Shown here: positions 18,602 to 28,344 of the stretch, in pieces
How positions within the stretch are numbered: the stretch's first letter is position 1
How the letters are laid out: each line of letters opens with the position of its first letter
Position numbers and translations under genes: made by a program
Assembly: GCA_902384675.1 (NCBI GenBank)
Contig: CABMCT010000031.1
Coordinates: forward strand, 3,425-67,424
Length of the DNA stretch: 64,000 bases
Direction of reading: 5' to 3'
Origin: an uncultured archaeon
GTDB taxonomy: Archaea > EX4484-52 > LFW-46
The notes under the pieces: generated by a model
What the model was told of the DNA's origin: nothing
The model's database searches: none
What the model saw: the letters and a program-made list of their open reading frames with translations, nothing else

Positions 18602-20752
18602 ATGGCAGATTATATCCGTATAGATGTCGCGTCCGAAATAAAAAAGCTCGTTCCTGTTCTTGGAAAAGAGAACGCCCTTAAAATCGAGCAGGCGTACCTG
18701 TTGGGCGACGAGGAGATGAAAAAGCGCGTAATCGAGATGCTTGATTCTGTAAAAGCTGCTGCGTATGCCGACGAAAGCCTCAAAAATGCGGTTCTTCTTG
18801 AGGCGCCTTCGCGCGAAACAGCATCATGCGGGGATATTTTTGCAGGCACGGTGCTTTATGGCCAGAAAAGGCTCTACCCGTTCCTTCTTGACCGAAATAT
18901 GTTCCTCACGCATCTCGGGATTTTTGGCTCCTCAGGCTACGGGAAAACCAATGTGGTCCATAATCTTGTCCGCGAATTATCCGAAAAAAGCGTCCCTGTT
19001 CTTATTTTCGACTTCTCAAAGCGGAATTACCGCGACCTCATCAATATCCCGGAATTAAAGGAGCGCGTACAGATTTTCACTATCGGAAGAAACGCCTCGC
19101 CTTTTAAATTCAACCCGCTTTACCCGCCGGAAGGTGTTGAAATATCGCAGTGGATTAAGGAATTCGCAGAGATTTTCGACCATGCATACTGGCTTTTGGG
19201 CGGAGGACGGCATATTATTCTTAAAGTGCTTGATAAGGTTTACAAAAATCCTAAACCCTTCGATTACCCCCAATTACGGGCCATAAAATACGTATTGGAC
19301 GAGCTTGAAAGCGACAAGAATTCCGCAAGGGAGAGGAACTGGATTGTGACTGCGCAAAGGCCCCTGGAATCGCTGTGCTTCCGCGAAACAGGGCAGATAT
19401 TTGATACGAATAAAGGCATTCTTCCCTCGACTTTCTTTGAGGGGCAGAAAATCACAATCCTTGAGCTTGATTCCCTTACCACGAACGACAAGACTTTTTT
19501 CATCGAAATCATGCTGCAGTGGATACGCGACTGGCTTATCGTGAAGAACGCAAAGGAAAAGCTGTCAGGTGTTATTGTTCTTGAGGAGGCGCACCATGTC
19601 CTGAACCGCGAAAAATCGAAAAAAATGGGTGCTGAAAGCGTTATTGACCTTGTCTTTCGTGAGGTGCGAGAGCTTGGCATGGGCATAATCTATGTCGACC
19701 AGCATCCGTCCCTTATCAGCTATCCTGCTCTTGGGAACACGAGCACGCACATCTACATGAACCTGGGGCTTGATACGCAATATTCCTCTGATATTCAGGA
19801 TGCGTGCAGCATGTTGGGCCTGGATTACCGGAGCGAGGGCAAATACCTGCGCCAGCTGCCTGTAGGGGACGGCTTTCTGCTTTGCAGGAGATTGAGCTTT
19901 CCGCACCCGTTTTTAATACAGTTCCCCCTTGCAAAAATAGACAAGGGCTCAGTAACCGATGATATTGTAAAAAGCATTGCGCCAAAGCTTCCGGATGACG
20001 AAATCACAGTTCCTGCGGTCCATGGCCTTCATAGAAAAAAAGAAATCTCTGAGACCCATGAAACTCCTGCGGTGCATATTCAGGAAGTGGCACAGGAAGC
20101 ACCAGTACCCCCGCAAATTCCATTACCTCCTCCTGAAATCGAGAGGCAGCAAAGCAATAATATCATAAAACACAATCTTCCTGAAAGCTGCCTGAAGATT
20201 CTGCGCGTCCTGGGCCGCTTTGATGCATCTGCAACTTCTGAAATTTACAAGGGAATTTCAATGTCGGGCAGCACATTCAAGCAGAATGCGGACCGGCTAG
20301 TCAGCGAAGGGCTCTTGGGCGCAAGGACTGCAAAAGTGTATCGCCAGACATCGATTTTCTACTTCCTTACCAATAAAGGCGCAGCGCTTTTCTCAGGCAC
20401 TTTCAGCATGCTGCACGAGGATATCAATGCGGAGGAATTTTACAACGCTGCAGAGCGGCTTTTTAAGGGCGAGGGATGGGCTGTTGACCGGAGCAAAAGC
20501 ATCTGGACGCTTTTGCGAAAAGACAAGCAGGTGAACGTGATTCTTGTATCGGGGCTTGAGAGGGCCCAGCTTTCCGGCCAGGTTGCGAATGAAAGTGCTT
20601 ATTTTGTTGCTGCGACAGAGCATATCAAGAATGCAATAATCCAGATGGCAGCAAAGCGGGTGAGCGAGACCGGAAAGCCGTTTATTCTGTCTGTTTCTTC
20701 GTTTGAGGCGCTCCATAAGGGCGAGAAATTCAGAAAACTGGCGTTTGAATAA
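18602..20752 (+). CDS. HerA/FtsK/VirB4-like (DUF87) ATPase with C-terminal wHTH
   Basis: HLGIFGSSGYGKT Walker A, VLEEAH Walker B, REVRELG, DQHPS. Confidence 0.9.
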   Translation: MADYIRIDVASEIKKLVPVLGKENALKIEQAYLLGDEEMKKRVIEMLDSVKAAAYADESLKNAVLLEAPSRETASCGDIFAGTVLYGQKRLYPFLLDRNMFLTHLGIFGSSGYGKTNVVHNLVRELSEKSVPVLIFDFSKRNYRDLINIPELKERVQIFTIGRNASPFKFNPLYPPEGVEISQWIKEFAEIFDHAYWLLGGGRHIILKVLDKVYKNPKPFDYPQLRAIKYVLDELESDKNSARERNWIVTAQRPLESLCFRETGQIFDTNKGILPSTFFEGQKITILELDSLTTNDKTFFIEIMLQWIRDWLIVKNAKEKLSGVIVLEEAHHVLNREKSKKMGAESVIDLVFREVRELGMGIIYVDQHPSLISYPALGNTSTHIYMNLGLDTQYSSDIQDACSMLGLDYRSEGKYLRQLPVGDGFLLCRRLSFPHPFLIQFPLAKIDKGSVTDDIVKSIAPKLPDDEITVPAVHGLHRKKEISETHETPAVHIQEVAQEAPVPPQIPLPPPEIERQQSNNIIKHNLPESCLKILRVLGRFDASATSEIYKGISMSGSTFKQNADRLVSEGLLGARTAKVYRQTSIFYFLTNKGAALFSGTFSMLHEDINAEEFYNAAERLFKGEGWAVDRSKSIWTLLRKDKQVNVILVSGLERAQLSGQVANESAYFVAATEHIKNAIIQMAAKRVSETGKPFILSVSSFEALHKGEKFRKLAFE

Positions 20753-20859
20753 TTCGTTTCTTTTCTTTCTACCTGTCTCGTACTCCAAAGAATTAGCTTC
20801 GCATAAGTGACAAAAGTGGCAAAGGCTTATAAAGCTTTCTTATCAAATAAATTCGTCAA

Positions 20860-22436
20860 TCGTACTACGCGTGCTTGCGCGGTTTCCATTTCATGCTTCC
20901 AAACACAAATTTCTTTTAAAGACATATCACAACCTTTCTAAGCAAGTGATATGCGCGTGTCAAGACATTGAAGACATCATAGGTAGTGCCAATTTGAGGT
21001 CGCGGCTACGCGAACCGAATAAAGACACTACATAGATCCTTAGAGCTCTTGCACGCGGGTTTGTGCTTTTGGGAGTTCAGAGGCGATGGGGAAGTATATC
21101 GTCTCTAGATTCTGGGGCGCTAACGAGAGCCTAGACTCGATGAGGGTGAAGCGCTCAGAATCTACAACCAAAGGAACGGCGAGCGAACATAAAAAAGAGG
21201 CGAACCCTAATGGGAAACCCTCAAAAAGGTGGTGAGAAATTATGGGAACCCATCAGTTCCATTTTGAGCAGTTCTAGATTGCTGATGAACCTAAAGTAGC
21301 TTCAGAGCGGCTACGAAGAGCATAAAAGAGAAGAATTCTCGCTCTTGCCTGAACCTACAGGCCTTTGTTCTGGAGAGGACGCGGGTGCCAAAAAAAGCTT
21401 AAGAACTTCTCGAATTTATAAGGGTTTGACCGTTTGGTCCCCGAATCCCGGACGTGTTGACTGAATGCAGGAAGGGCGCTTCAACCACAGTACAAGAAGG
21501 TAAATAAACGTGGCTGACACTTTAGACCTAGGAGCAGAAGCGCCTCTTCCAAATTTCTAATTAAATTGGAAAGAGCCTAAGACACTTTATGGGGCTTCGT
21601 AGCATCCCCTCCGATGACTCCATTAGTGCGCGTGTCTTGGGCTCCTTCTTTCTTGTTATGAAAAAACGGGAGTTGAAAGCATCGAATCCTCGTAGAAGTT
21701 GAGAGGCTTAAAGCGTTCTCGGTGCTTGCTTCATAACCGTCGGAGATGCACACATACCTCCGGCGGCGGGCAACTTTTTTAAGGTCTCATTGAACATTAG
21801 TTCAGTGACTCCTCGATACCACCCCCACTCCCCACCGCCCGTTCAACTCCCATTATGGTTTTGCATGTTGAGTAACAGAAACCATTTTCTGTGTCGCCCT
21901 ACACTGCCGGTAGGGCGCAAAAAAGTCGGGCGATACCTCATATCCTATCCATTGGCACGCCCGCGGAGATTCGGAAGGTAAGGTGAACGGTTGTGCAACT
22001 TTGGGACCTTCCGAATTTCTAATCATTTTTACAAAAACGGGGTCGCGGCGTTCGGTTTCCTCCTTCGCCGCTATTCATATTGGGAGAGCAGGGCTGATAG
22101 CAACAGAAGAGGCTCTCCCGATTCTAATTATAGAGGCATGGCGCAGTATTCCTTACATACTCTCGCTATGCACGAGGAAGGCACACCTTCTGTTAAAACT
22201 GTCATTGCCTTCCTCTTCCTTGCGATCATCAAAAACGCACCCTCTCCTTACGAACTGTCATAGGGGGTGTAGCTTTGATGGGGCGGCGGTCTTTTTTAGT
22301 AACTCCGAAACCCCAGCGGCTACCGCCGTCAGTATTCTAAGAGACGCCAACTTGGAACACTACCGCAGGGGTTTACATTTATCAGAGAAACTCTGGTAGA
22401 AATGGAATGAGGACGAGCGAAAGGTACGACTTTTTT
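20860..22436 (+). ncRNA. Candidate giant (about 1.57 kb) structured non-coding RNA
   Basis: CTTATAAA box 20826-20833; five colinear 5'/3' end helices; over 25 hairpins with + strand G-U pairs; T6 at 22431-22436; no convincing ORF. Confidence 0.65.
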
Positions 22437-22502
22437 AATTAACCCCCACTCCCCAACTCCTTGCCCGTTCTCACATTTTCTATTTTTAATGAATTACTAT
22501 GT

Positions 22503-22578
22503 GCCCGGATAGTGTAGTGGCCTATCATGAAGGACTATCAATCCTTCGACCCGGGTTCAAATCCCGGTCCGGGCGCCA
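22503..22578 (+). tRNA. tRNA-Asp with anticodon ATC (as sequenced); CCA encoded
   Basis: GCCCGGA/TCCGGGC acceptor stem, AAGGA-CTATCAA-TCCTT anticodon arm, GGTTCAAATCC T arm. Confidence 0.9.
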
Positions 22579-22658
22579 TTCTATTTTTCTTTTTTCTTTA
22601 TTATATCATTATCAAATATATCATAACTATATAAACTCTTTCAGCCAATATATCCTGC

Positions 22659-22955
22659 ATGAAACGCGAAGAATCCTTTATTACAAACCTGACAAAGCTT
22701 TACGTCCTACTGATTTTATCCCGCGGTCCTGCACATGGTTATGATATAATGAAGGAGTTCAAGTCCGCGACAGGGAAGACACTCAGCCCCGGCCAGATTT
22801 ATCCTCTTCTTTCCGCAATGCAGAGAAAGGGATTCGTCGAGATGAGCGCAAAAATCGAGGGCAAGCGGCAAAGAAAAATTTACGCGCTTACGGATAAAGG
22901 CAGGGAATTCGCGGATAATCTCAAAGGAAAGATTGTAAAATTGCTGGGGCTATAA
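22659..22955 (+). CDS. PadR family transcriptional regulator
   Basis: HGYDIMKE...SPGQIYPLL...RKIYALTDKG. Confidence 0.92.
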   Translation: MKREESFITNLTKLYVLLILSRGPAHGYDIMKEFKSATGKTLSPGQIYPLLSAMQRKGFVEMSAKIEGKRQRKIYALTDKGREFADNLKGKIVKLLGL

Positions 22956-22989
22956 CTGTATTTATATTCTAACCAAAACAATATGTAAT

Positions 22990-23376
22990 ATGCTCAAACA
23001 GCTTGCGCCTCTTCTTAAAAGGGCAAAAAAAGACAAGGACATAGTTGCAGTCATGCTTTTCGGCAGCGCAGCACGGGGCGAGAAATACCGCGATATCGAT
23101 GTTGCACTTGTGCTTAGAGCAGGCATAGATAGCGGTTCCATGTTTGATAAGCGCCTTGATTACTTGGGGGAGTTCTCTAATCTCGACATTCAGATATTTA
23201 ACCAGCTGCCGCTTTATATCCGGCAAAGGATACTTAAAGAGGGAAAGATATTGCTCCAAAACGATACTGATGCGCTTTACGATATTGCATTTGATACCAT
23301 ACGCGCTTATGAGGACTTCAAGTCTATTTACGAAGGATACCTTGAAGCTATAGAAAACCAATATGCTACTGCATAA
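22990..23376 (+). CDS. Minimal nucleotidyltransferase (MNT) antitoxin
   Basis: LFGSAARG...DIDVA. Confidence 0.9.
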   Translation: MLKQLAPLLKRAKKDKDIVAVMLFGSAARGEKYRDIDVALVLRAGIDSGSMFDKRLDYLGEFSNLDIQIFNQLPLYIRQRILKEGKILLQNDTDALYDIAFDTIRAYEDFKSIYEGYLEAIENQYATA

Positions 23377-23388
23377 CAGGTTATTGCT

Positions 23389-23811
23389 ATGCTTGACAAA
23401 AATCGTATACTTGTAAAGCTGGACGAGATAGGCGGCTATTTATCAGAGCTTGAGGAAATAGCGCCGGATAGCTTTAGCGAGTACAAATCATCCATAGAAA
23501 AGCGAAGGGCGTGCGAGAGGCTTCTTCAAATAGCGATTGAATCTGTGGTTGATATTTCCCAATCCATCGTTAAAGGAATGCTGCTTGGCATGCCGAAAGA
23601 CGAGGATAGCATCTTCGAGACTCTTGCAAAGAAGAACCTCATCACAGAAAACATGGCAGGGACGCTGCGGGATATGAAGAATTTCAGGAACATCTTAGTG
23701 CACAGGTACGGGGTAGTGGACGATGCCAAAGTGTTCACGGCAATGAAAGCGCGTATCTTGGATTTTGAGGAGTTCAAAAAAGTAGTGCTGGAAATAGTAA
23801 AAGCATCCTAG
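23389..23811 (+). CDS. HEPN (DUF86) RNase toxin
   Basis: ERLLQIAIE and RNILVHRY (Rx4H) motifs. Confidence 0.9.
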   Translation: MLDKNRILVKLDEIGGYLSELEEIAPDSFSEYKSSIEKRRACERLLQIAIESVVDISQSIVKGMLLGMPKDEDSIFETLAKKNLITENMAGTLRDMKNFRNILVHRYGVVDDAKVFTAMKARILDFEEFKKVVLEIVKAS

Positions 23812-23922
23812 TGAATTAATATTCAGGAAATTTGGTGCGGATACTCGACTAATTGCCTAAGACAATATTCAGTAATTTGTGTAGATTTTAACTAATTACC
23901 AATTTTAATGCGAAACTATTAT

Positions 23923-24345
23923 TCATTCTATGCCATATTCTTTCAATATCTCATGATAATGTTTTTCTGAAATACTTTTTGTATCTATAAGCTTTTTTGC
24001 CTCAGAATATATTTCTTCCTCAAGTGCCTTTGCGATTTTCTCAACGTCATTTCTATTTTTGCCCGTGATTTTAATCTGCCAGCCATCATCAGATCTTACA
24101 CGCGCTTCATTCACCTCTATGCGTAGTCCCCAACCTCTGTTTCGGGCGTACAGATGGTCACAGGTTGAATCCACTAAAAAATCCATATTTTTTAGCCTAC
24201 TGTCTCTTTCTGCATCCCTTCGCATTACATTGTAACCAAGCGCAGTTAGAACTCTTTCGAATTCTTTATATCCAATCAAGCGTGGGTTCGGCAAATTATT
24301 TGATTCATAGACTATCTCGGAGCCAATCTGTAATTTGTGGAACAT
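23923..24345 (-). CDS. Hypothetical protein with weak HicA-like N-terminus
   Basis: PRLIGYKEFERVLTALGY segment. Confidence 0.55.
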   Translation of the reverse strand: MFHKLQIGSEIVYESNNLPNPRLIGYKEFERVLTALGYNVMRRDAERDSRLKNMDFLVDSTCDHLYARNRGWGLRIEVNEARVRSDDGWQIKITGKNRNDVEKIAKALEEEIYSEAKKLIDTKSISEKHYHEILKEYGIE

Positions 24346-24520
24346 ACTACTTTTGAGTGAAGTAAAATATATAAAGCTTTATCCCAAACGGTCCGGCATA
24401 TAATCGCCAAATATGGCTTTACAACGCCGAAACATGATATGAATCAATACTTGTATTTCTCTTCCTTATTGTCGTCGAATTATATTGCATTTCAATAAGT
24501 GATTTGAACAATTCTTAGCC

Positions 24521-26737
24521 TTAGTATTTATACTTTTCTTCCTCCCACTCCTTCGCTTTCCCTTTCTCGTGCGCGGCTTTGGAGAAAACGCCGTGGTCGA
24601 CCTCAGGCACCAATATCATGCCTTTTAGCGGGTCAAGGCCATGCTCCCGTATTGCGTGATGCTGCGCTGCCCAGAGAGTCTCGTCAATCCCGTAGAATCT
24701 TGGCGGAAGGTCGTTTGGCTTTGTCTCTTTCTGCAGCTCGGCAACCATGTTCCTGAATGCAATGGCACTCTGGTCAATGCCAAAAGAGCCCATTTCCCAG
24801 ATAAAATACGCGTCCTTCATGCCCTTCTGGCGCAGGCTGAAAAGCCAGCCGTAGAGGACAAACATATCGTGCGACATGATATAAATCGGGGAATGGGCGC
24901 CTATTATCGGCCTTGGGGCGTTTATGTGCATCATTTTTATGTACTTGGCATCGCCATCCTTGAGGCTTGCTATATCCTGATCTACCCTTACAAAGTTTAC
25001 CGTGAGGTGCTCGAAGTCCATGGTGTAGCCGGTTATTTCGCCTTTATCCAGATGCTTGATAAGCGTGACATGATCATGCGCCGACATTACCCTTAATTCA
25101 CCCTCCTGGCCTTCGGGCGGCATTGCGGTTTCAATGAAAATCATCATTTTTGCGTCTTTTGTGTAGCTGTAGACTGATTCGTCTTTGAGGTGCTTGTATT
25201 CCGGGAATTCCGCAGCCATCCCCCATAAATCCCCTGAGACAAACAAATGGCCTTCGATGTATTTGCATGCGACTGCTGTGATGAGCTTTTTGACAAGGTC
25301 TTCTATAACTGTTTTATCTTCTTTACTATGCTCTTTATGTTTTTCGGAAGGTTCCACTTCTTCTCCAAGAAGCTCTTCTTCTTTAAAAATATTTTTGTCA
25401 TATTTTGATTTTCCTTTATCAGCGCATTTAATGATTATATCAGGGTCGTAGTCGCCTACGATATCCGTCCATAGAGGGTCGCGTGTCCAGTACATGAATT
25501 TTGCAATAACGCGATATGCAACTTGTTCCTCGCATTCGGAGCCTTTCGTCTTCCAGAAATCGAAAACTTTGTCAAAGTCGGTAGTCTTGAGGTAATACAA
25601 AACATGGTCATATATCTGATATATTTTGTATATTTTTGAAAGCTCGCCTAATGCATCTTCAAGCGTTTTTCCATTGTTCAATTCACGGATCATCAGTTCG
25701 TCCTTTTCACGTTCAACAGCGTAATCAAAAGACAGGTATTTTTCTGGCTTTCCGCTGTTGATTTCAGCGATTACTGCATTTGACGCAGAAGCTTCTCTGA
25801 AAAGCTGGTTATATTGCGGATTATTTCTTAGATTCTGGTCGACAGCTAACTCCAAGTCCTCTCCTTTAACTCCTCGGGATATCAGATATTTCCTAAGTTG
25901 TTCTCTTAATACATTCATTTGCGATTGGGCTTGAGTAAATATCTTTGTGTACCTTTCCAGCATGATTTTTTTAACCTTCTCATCCCATATTTTATCTCTG
26001 AGAGCGGTGTGTCTTTTTCCAGCCTCTTTTGCTCCGTCACTGAAGTTATCAAATGTTTCCATGAATGTTAGAACACCGACATCCCCGGAAAGCCCCATTA
26101 CATGAAAAAGCACTTTTGTAAACTTTGCTTTAAACCACTCGCGCATGCTTTGTCCTTTTGGCAACGTGATTTTTTTCCCTGTCTTTGGGTCTTTAAATTC
26201 GCCTTTATCAACAGCGTCGATCCATTGCCCTAAATTCGTTCCGTCAAACGAGTTCTGCTGTACCGGCGGCTCCTGATGCCCTACAGTAAACGTGACATGC
26301 GGCCTTATTCGCGAGGAAGTGTGGAAAAGAAAGAACTTTGAGCCTATGATTTCTTTTGATGAATAAGCTCCCTTGCGCAGGATTTCATGCATTTCCTTCC
26401 ATTCAAAGGCATTTGCTATGCAGAGGTCGACTTTTACAGGCAGGTGCAGGCCGACTTCCATTTTTTGGACGTCCTTGACGTGCATTATCAGTTCCTTGAC
26501 GTGGGGCTCGTACATTTCAGAAAGCGCTTCATAATCTATTTCGGTAAAATCAAAGCCAAGGCGCGCTGCTTTTACTATCTTTCTCGCCAAGCCCATGTTT
26601 ATCAGGCGCTCTTCTCCCTGTGCAACACTGGCAAAACCCGGGCTTGCTCCAAGAATGTAGCCGACAGGGTGGTTTTTGGCATCCCATCTGCCGTTTATGT
26701 GCGGCTGTTTCTTTTGTTCGTGGCCATGCTCGGACAT
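24521..26737 (-). CDS. Xylose isomerase/AP endonuclease 2-like TIM-barrel metalloprotein with a large helical insert
   Basis: GLHLP, FHTS, IET, MDFEH, HINA, AH, WEMG motifs; start set at MSEH after the GGAGA RBS. Confidence 0.7.
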   Translation of the reverse strand: MSEHGHEQKKQPHINGRWDAKNHPVGYILGASPGFASVAQGEERLINMGLARKIVKAARLGFDFTEIDYEALSEMYEPHVKELIMHVKDVQKMEVGLHLPVKVDLCIANAFEWKEMHEILRKGAYSSKEIIGSKFFLFHTSSRIRPHVTFTVGHQEPPVQQNSFDGTNLGQWIDAVDKGEFKDPKTGKKITLPKGQSMREWFKAKFTKVLFHVMGLSGDVGVLTFMETFDNFSDGAKEAGKRHTALRDKIWDEKVKKIMLERYTKIFTQAQSQMNVLREQLRKYLISRGVKGEDLELAVDQNLRNNPQYNQLFREASASNAVIAEINSGKPEKYLSFDYAVEREKDELMIRELNNGKTLEDALGELSKIYKIYQIYDHVLYYLKTTDFDKVFDFWKTKGSECEEQVAYRVIAKFMYWTRDPLWTDIVGDYDPDIIIKCADKGKSKYDKNIFKEEELLGEEVEPSEKHKEHSKEDKTVIEDLVKKLITAVACKYIEGHLFVSGDLWGMAAEFPEYKHLKDESVYSYTKDAKMMIFIETAMPPEGQEGELRVMSAHDHVTLIKHLDKGEITGYTMDFEHLTVNFVRVDQDIASLKDGDAKYIKMMHINAPRPIIGAHSPIYIMSHDMFVLYGWLFSLRQKGMKDAYFIWEMGSFGIDQSAIAFRNMVAELQKETKPNDLPPRFYGIDETLWAAQHHAIREHGLDPLKGMILVPEVDHGVFSKAAHEKGKAKEWEEEKYKY

Positions 26738-27120
26738 TTTTAAACATCTCCTTCTTCTTTGGTTTAAAAAGCTTGGAAACTGCATTTGCACCTTGGTATG
26801 CAAAGCTTGGAAATTCTTGCGAATTTCCATGAGTTTCCATGATTTCAAATCATTCCTCAATCTACTTGGATTTGAATCATCTCGTTCGCATAGCGAACTC
26901 GAAGCTTTTGGGAACCCTAAATCCCAAAAAGCTTGAAAGCGCAACTTATGCGCAAGCTTTCATGATGACAATCTATTGGTGAAGAGGGTATATAAAATCT
27001 GATATGATTTTTAAGCCGCGCTTCCACAACTTAAAATCCGTTCGCTATCGCTCTCGGCTTTTCAGACTTTGTCTGAAAAAGCGTGAAACTCGAATAAGCC
27101 GCAAGGAAGTTTCATGATTT
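26735..27120. repeat. Stack of palindromic repeat modules
   Basis: At least three minus-orientation modules plus one at 27035-27120. Confidence 0.85.
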
Positions 27121-27170
27121 TTATATACTCCTGTTTCCAATAATATTCAGTAATCTAATTTGGTGATATT

Positions 27171-27773
27171 ATCGGAATTCTTGGCAAGCTCAAATCCAGT
27201 TTCGGTGGGGGGAAAAGCGATATTGACTCGAAAATAGACTCGGCATTCTCAAACCCCAACATTTCCGGAAAACTTGTGCAGCCGGCTTCACCTTCCTCTG
27301 TATCCGAGCGTGTGCTTGCAGGGCACAGGAAATTCGGCGAGCAGTTCCAGTCAAGGCCCGCGTCCTCCGAAAGCGATTATGGCAGATTTAGTGATTCTGA
27401 TAGCGAATTTGGCGCAAATCCACTGGATTTAAATGCAGATACAGACACAAGAGAGCCGCCAAGAGCGCCCGAGCCTTTGCAGATGAGGAGCGACAGCTCG
27501 ATAAATCAAGCTCGAGATGGAGTGACGGTAAGGCGAGATGCCTTTGAGCCGAAGACAAGGGAGCAGCCGCGCAATTTCGGCCAGGAAACCGTTAACAAGC
27601 CCGTAGGATTTCCGGACGCGAACACTAATATTCCTGAAAAAACAGATTATACACCCGGCAAACCCGTATCGGGTTCGCTTGAGCAGCGCCTGATCGACGA
27701 GCTTGAGGACGTCAGGGCGCAGAATAACGAGATTTTAAGGAGAATACAACGTCTGGAAACGAAAATACGGTAA
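27171..27773 (+). CDS. Disordered protein with C-terminal coiled coil; probable non-AUG start
   Basis: Frame open from 27159; GGTGA RBS then ATC GGA ATT CTT GGC AAG (xGILGKLK). Confidence 0.65.
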   Translation: MGILGKLKSSFGGGKSDIDSKIDSAFSNPNISGKLVQPASPSSVSERVLAGHRKFGEQFQSRPASSESDYGRFSDSDSEFGANPLDLNADTDTREPPRAPEPLQMRSDSSINQARDGVTVRRDAFEPKTREQPRNFGQETVNKPVGFPDANTNIPEKTDYTPGKPVSGSLEQRLIDELEDVRAQNNEILRRIQRLETKIR

Positions 27774-27816
27774 TTGTTAACTTTATTTTATAAGCTCTGA
27801 AACCTAGTAGTCGATT

Positions 27817-28071
27817 ATGCCAGTTAAAAGAAAATCAAGGCCTTCTGAGAAAACCGAAGTCAAGCGACTCTATCGCTCGGGAAAAGACCGCATTCTTGGC
27901 GGCGTTTGCGGCGGGATTGCAGAGTATTTTAATGTCGACCCCACGCTAATCCGGCTGCTCTGGGTTCTTTTCACGCTCGCTTCTTTTGGCACCGGGATTC
28001 TGCTTTACATCATTGCCTGGATTATTGTGCCGAGGAATCCGAGAGATAAGTCATGGAACTCCTTGGCATAA
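27817..28071 (+). CDS. PspC domain protein
   Basis: [23 protein letters not shown]...YIIAWIIVP. Confidence 0.92.
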   Translation: MPVKRKSRPSEKTEVKRLYRSGKDRILGGVCGGIAEYFNVDPTLIRLLWVLFTLASFGTGILLYIIAWIIVPRNPRDKSWNSLA

Positions 28072-28344
28072 ATGCGAGTTCCAAGCTTTCGAACCCAAAT
28101 TGGTTGCGAATGGTTCGAAATGGGAATAAACCTCACAATTTCTGAAGAACTAGCGGGATTAGATGAAATATCGGGCTTTTCGCCCAATACATAATCCAAA
28201 TGGCGAAAAGTCTGTTCGCTTGCTCTCAGCTTTACAGCCCAAAGCATCTGCGAATGGCTGTAAATCTTCTCACTTCGCCTTATTAACCATTAATAGCTCC
28301 GTTCGAGGCTCTTCATTCCAAAGAAGTTGGCGAATGAATGAAGA

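Noticed and set aside
21790-22399. ORFs 21790-21981, 21983-22399 and 21991-22263
   Set aside because: Overlapping frames, no recognisable motifs, and they run through dense hairpins. The RBS-like AGGTGA before 21991 means that ORF cannot be fully excluded.
20860-22436. 16S rRNA, SRP RNA or group I/II intron identity for the long structured region
   Set aside because: I found none of the universal 16S signatures, no SRP helix 8 motif, no group II domain V and no interrupted host gene. This was by eye; an Rfam search is still needed.
13040-22578. Integrated element ending at tRNA-Asp
   Set aside because: No integrase and no duplicated tRNA 3' end (att site) found in the window.
26738-26944. 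69-aa N-terminal extension of the 807-aa ORF
   Set aside because: It is read-through of stacked repeats; the GGAGA RBS points to the ATG at 26737.
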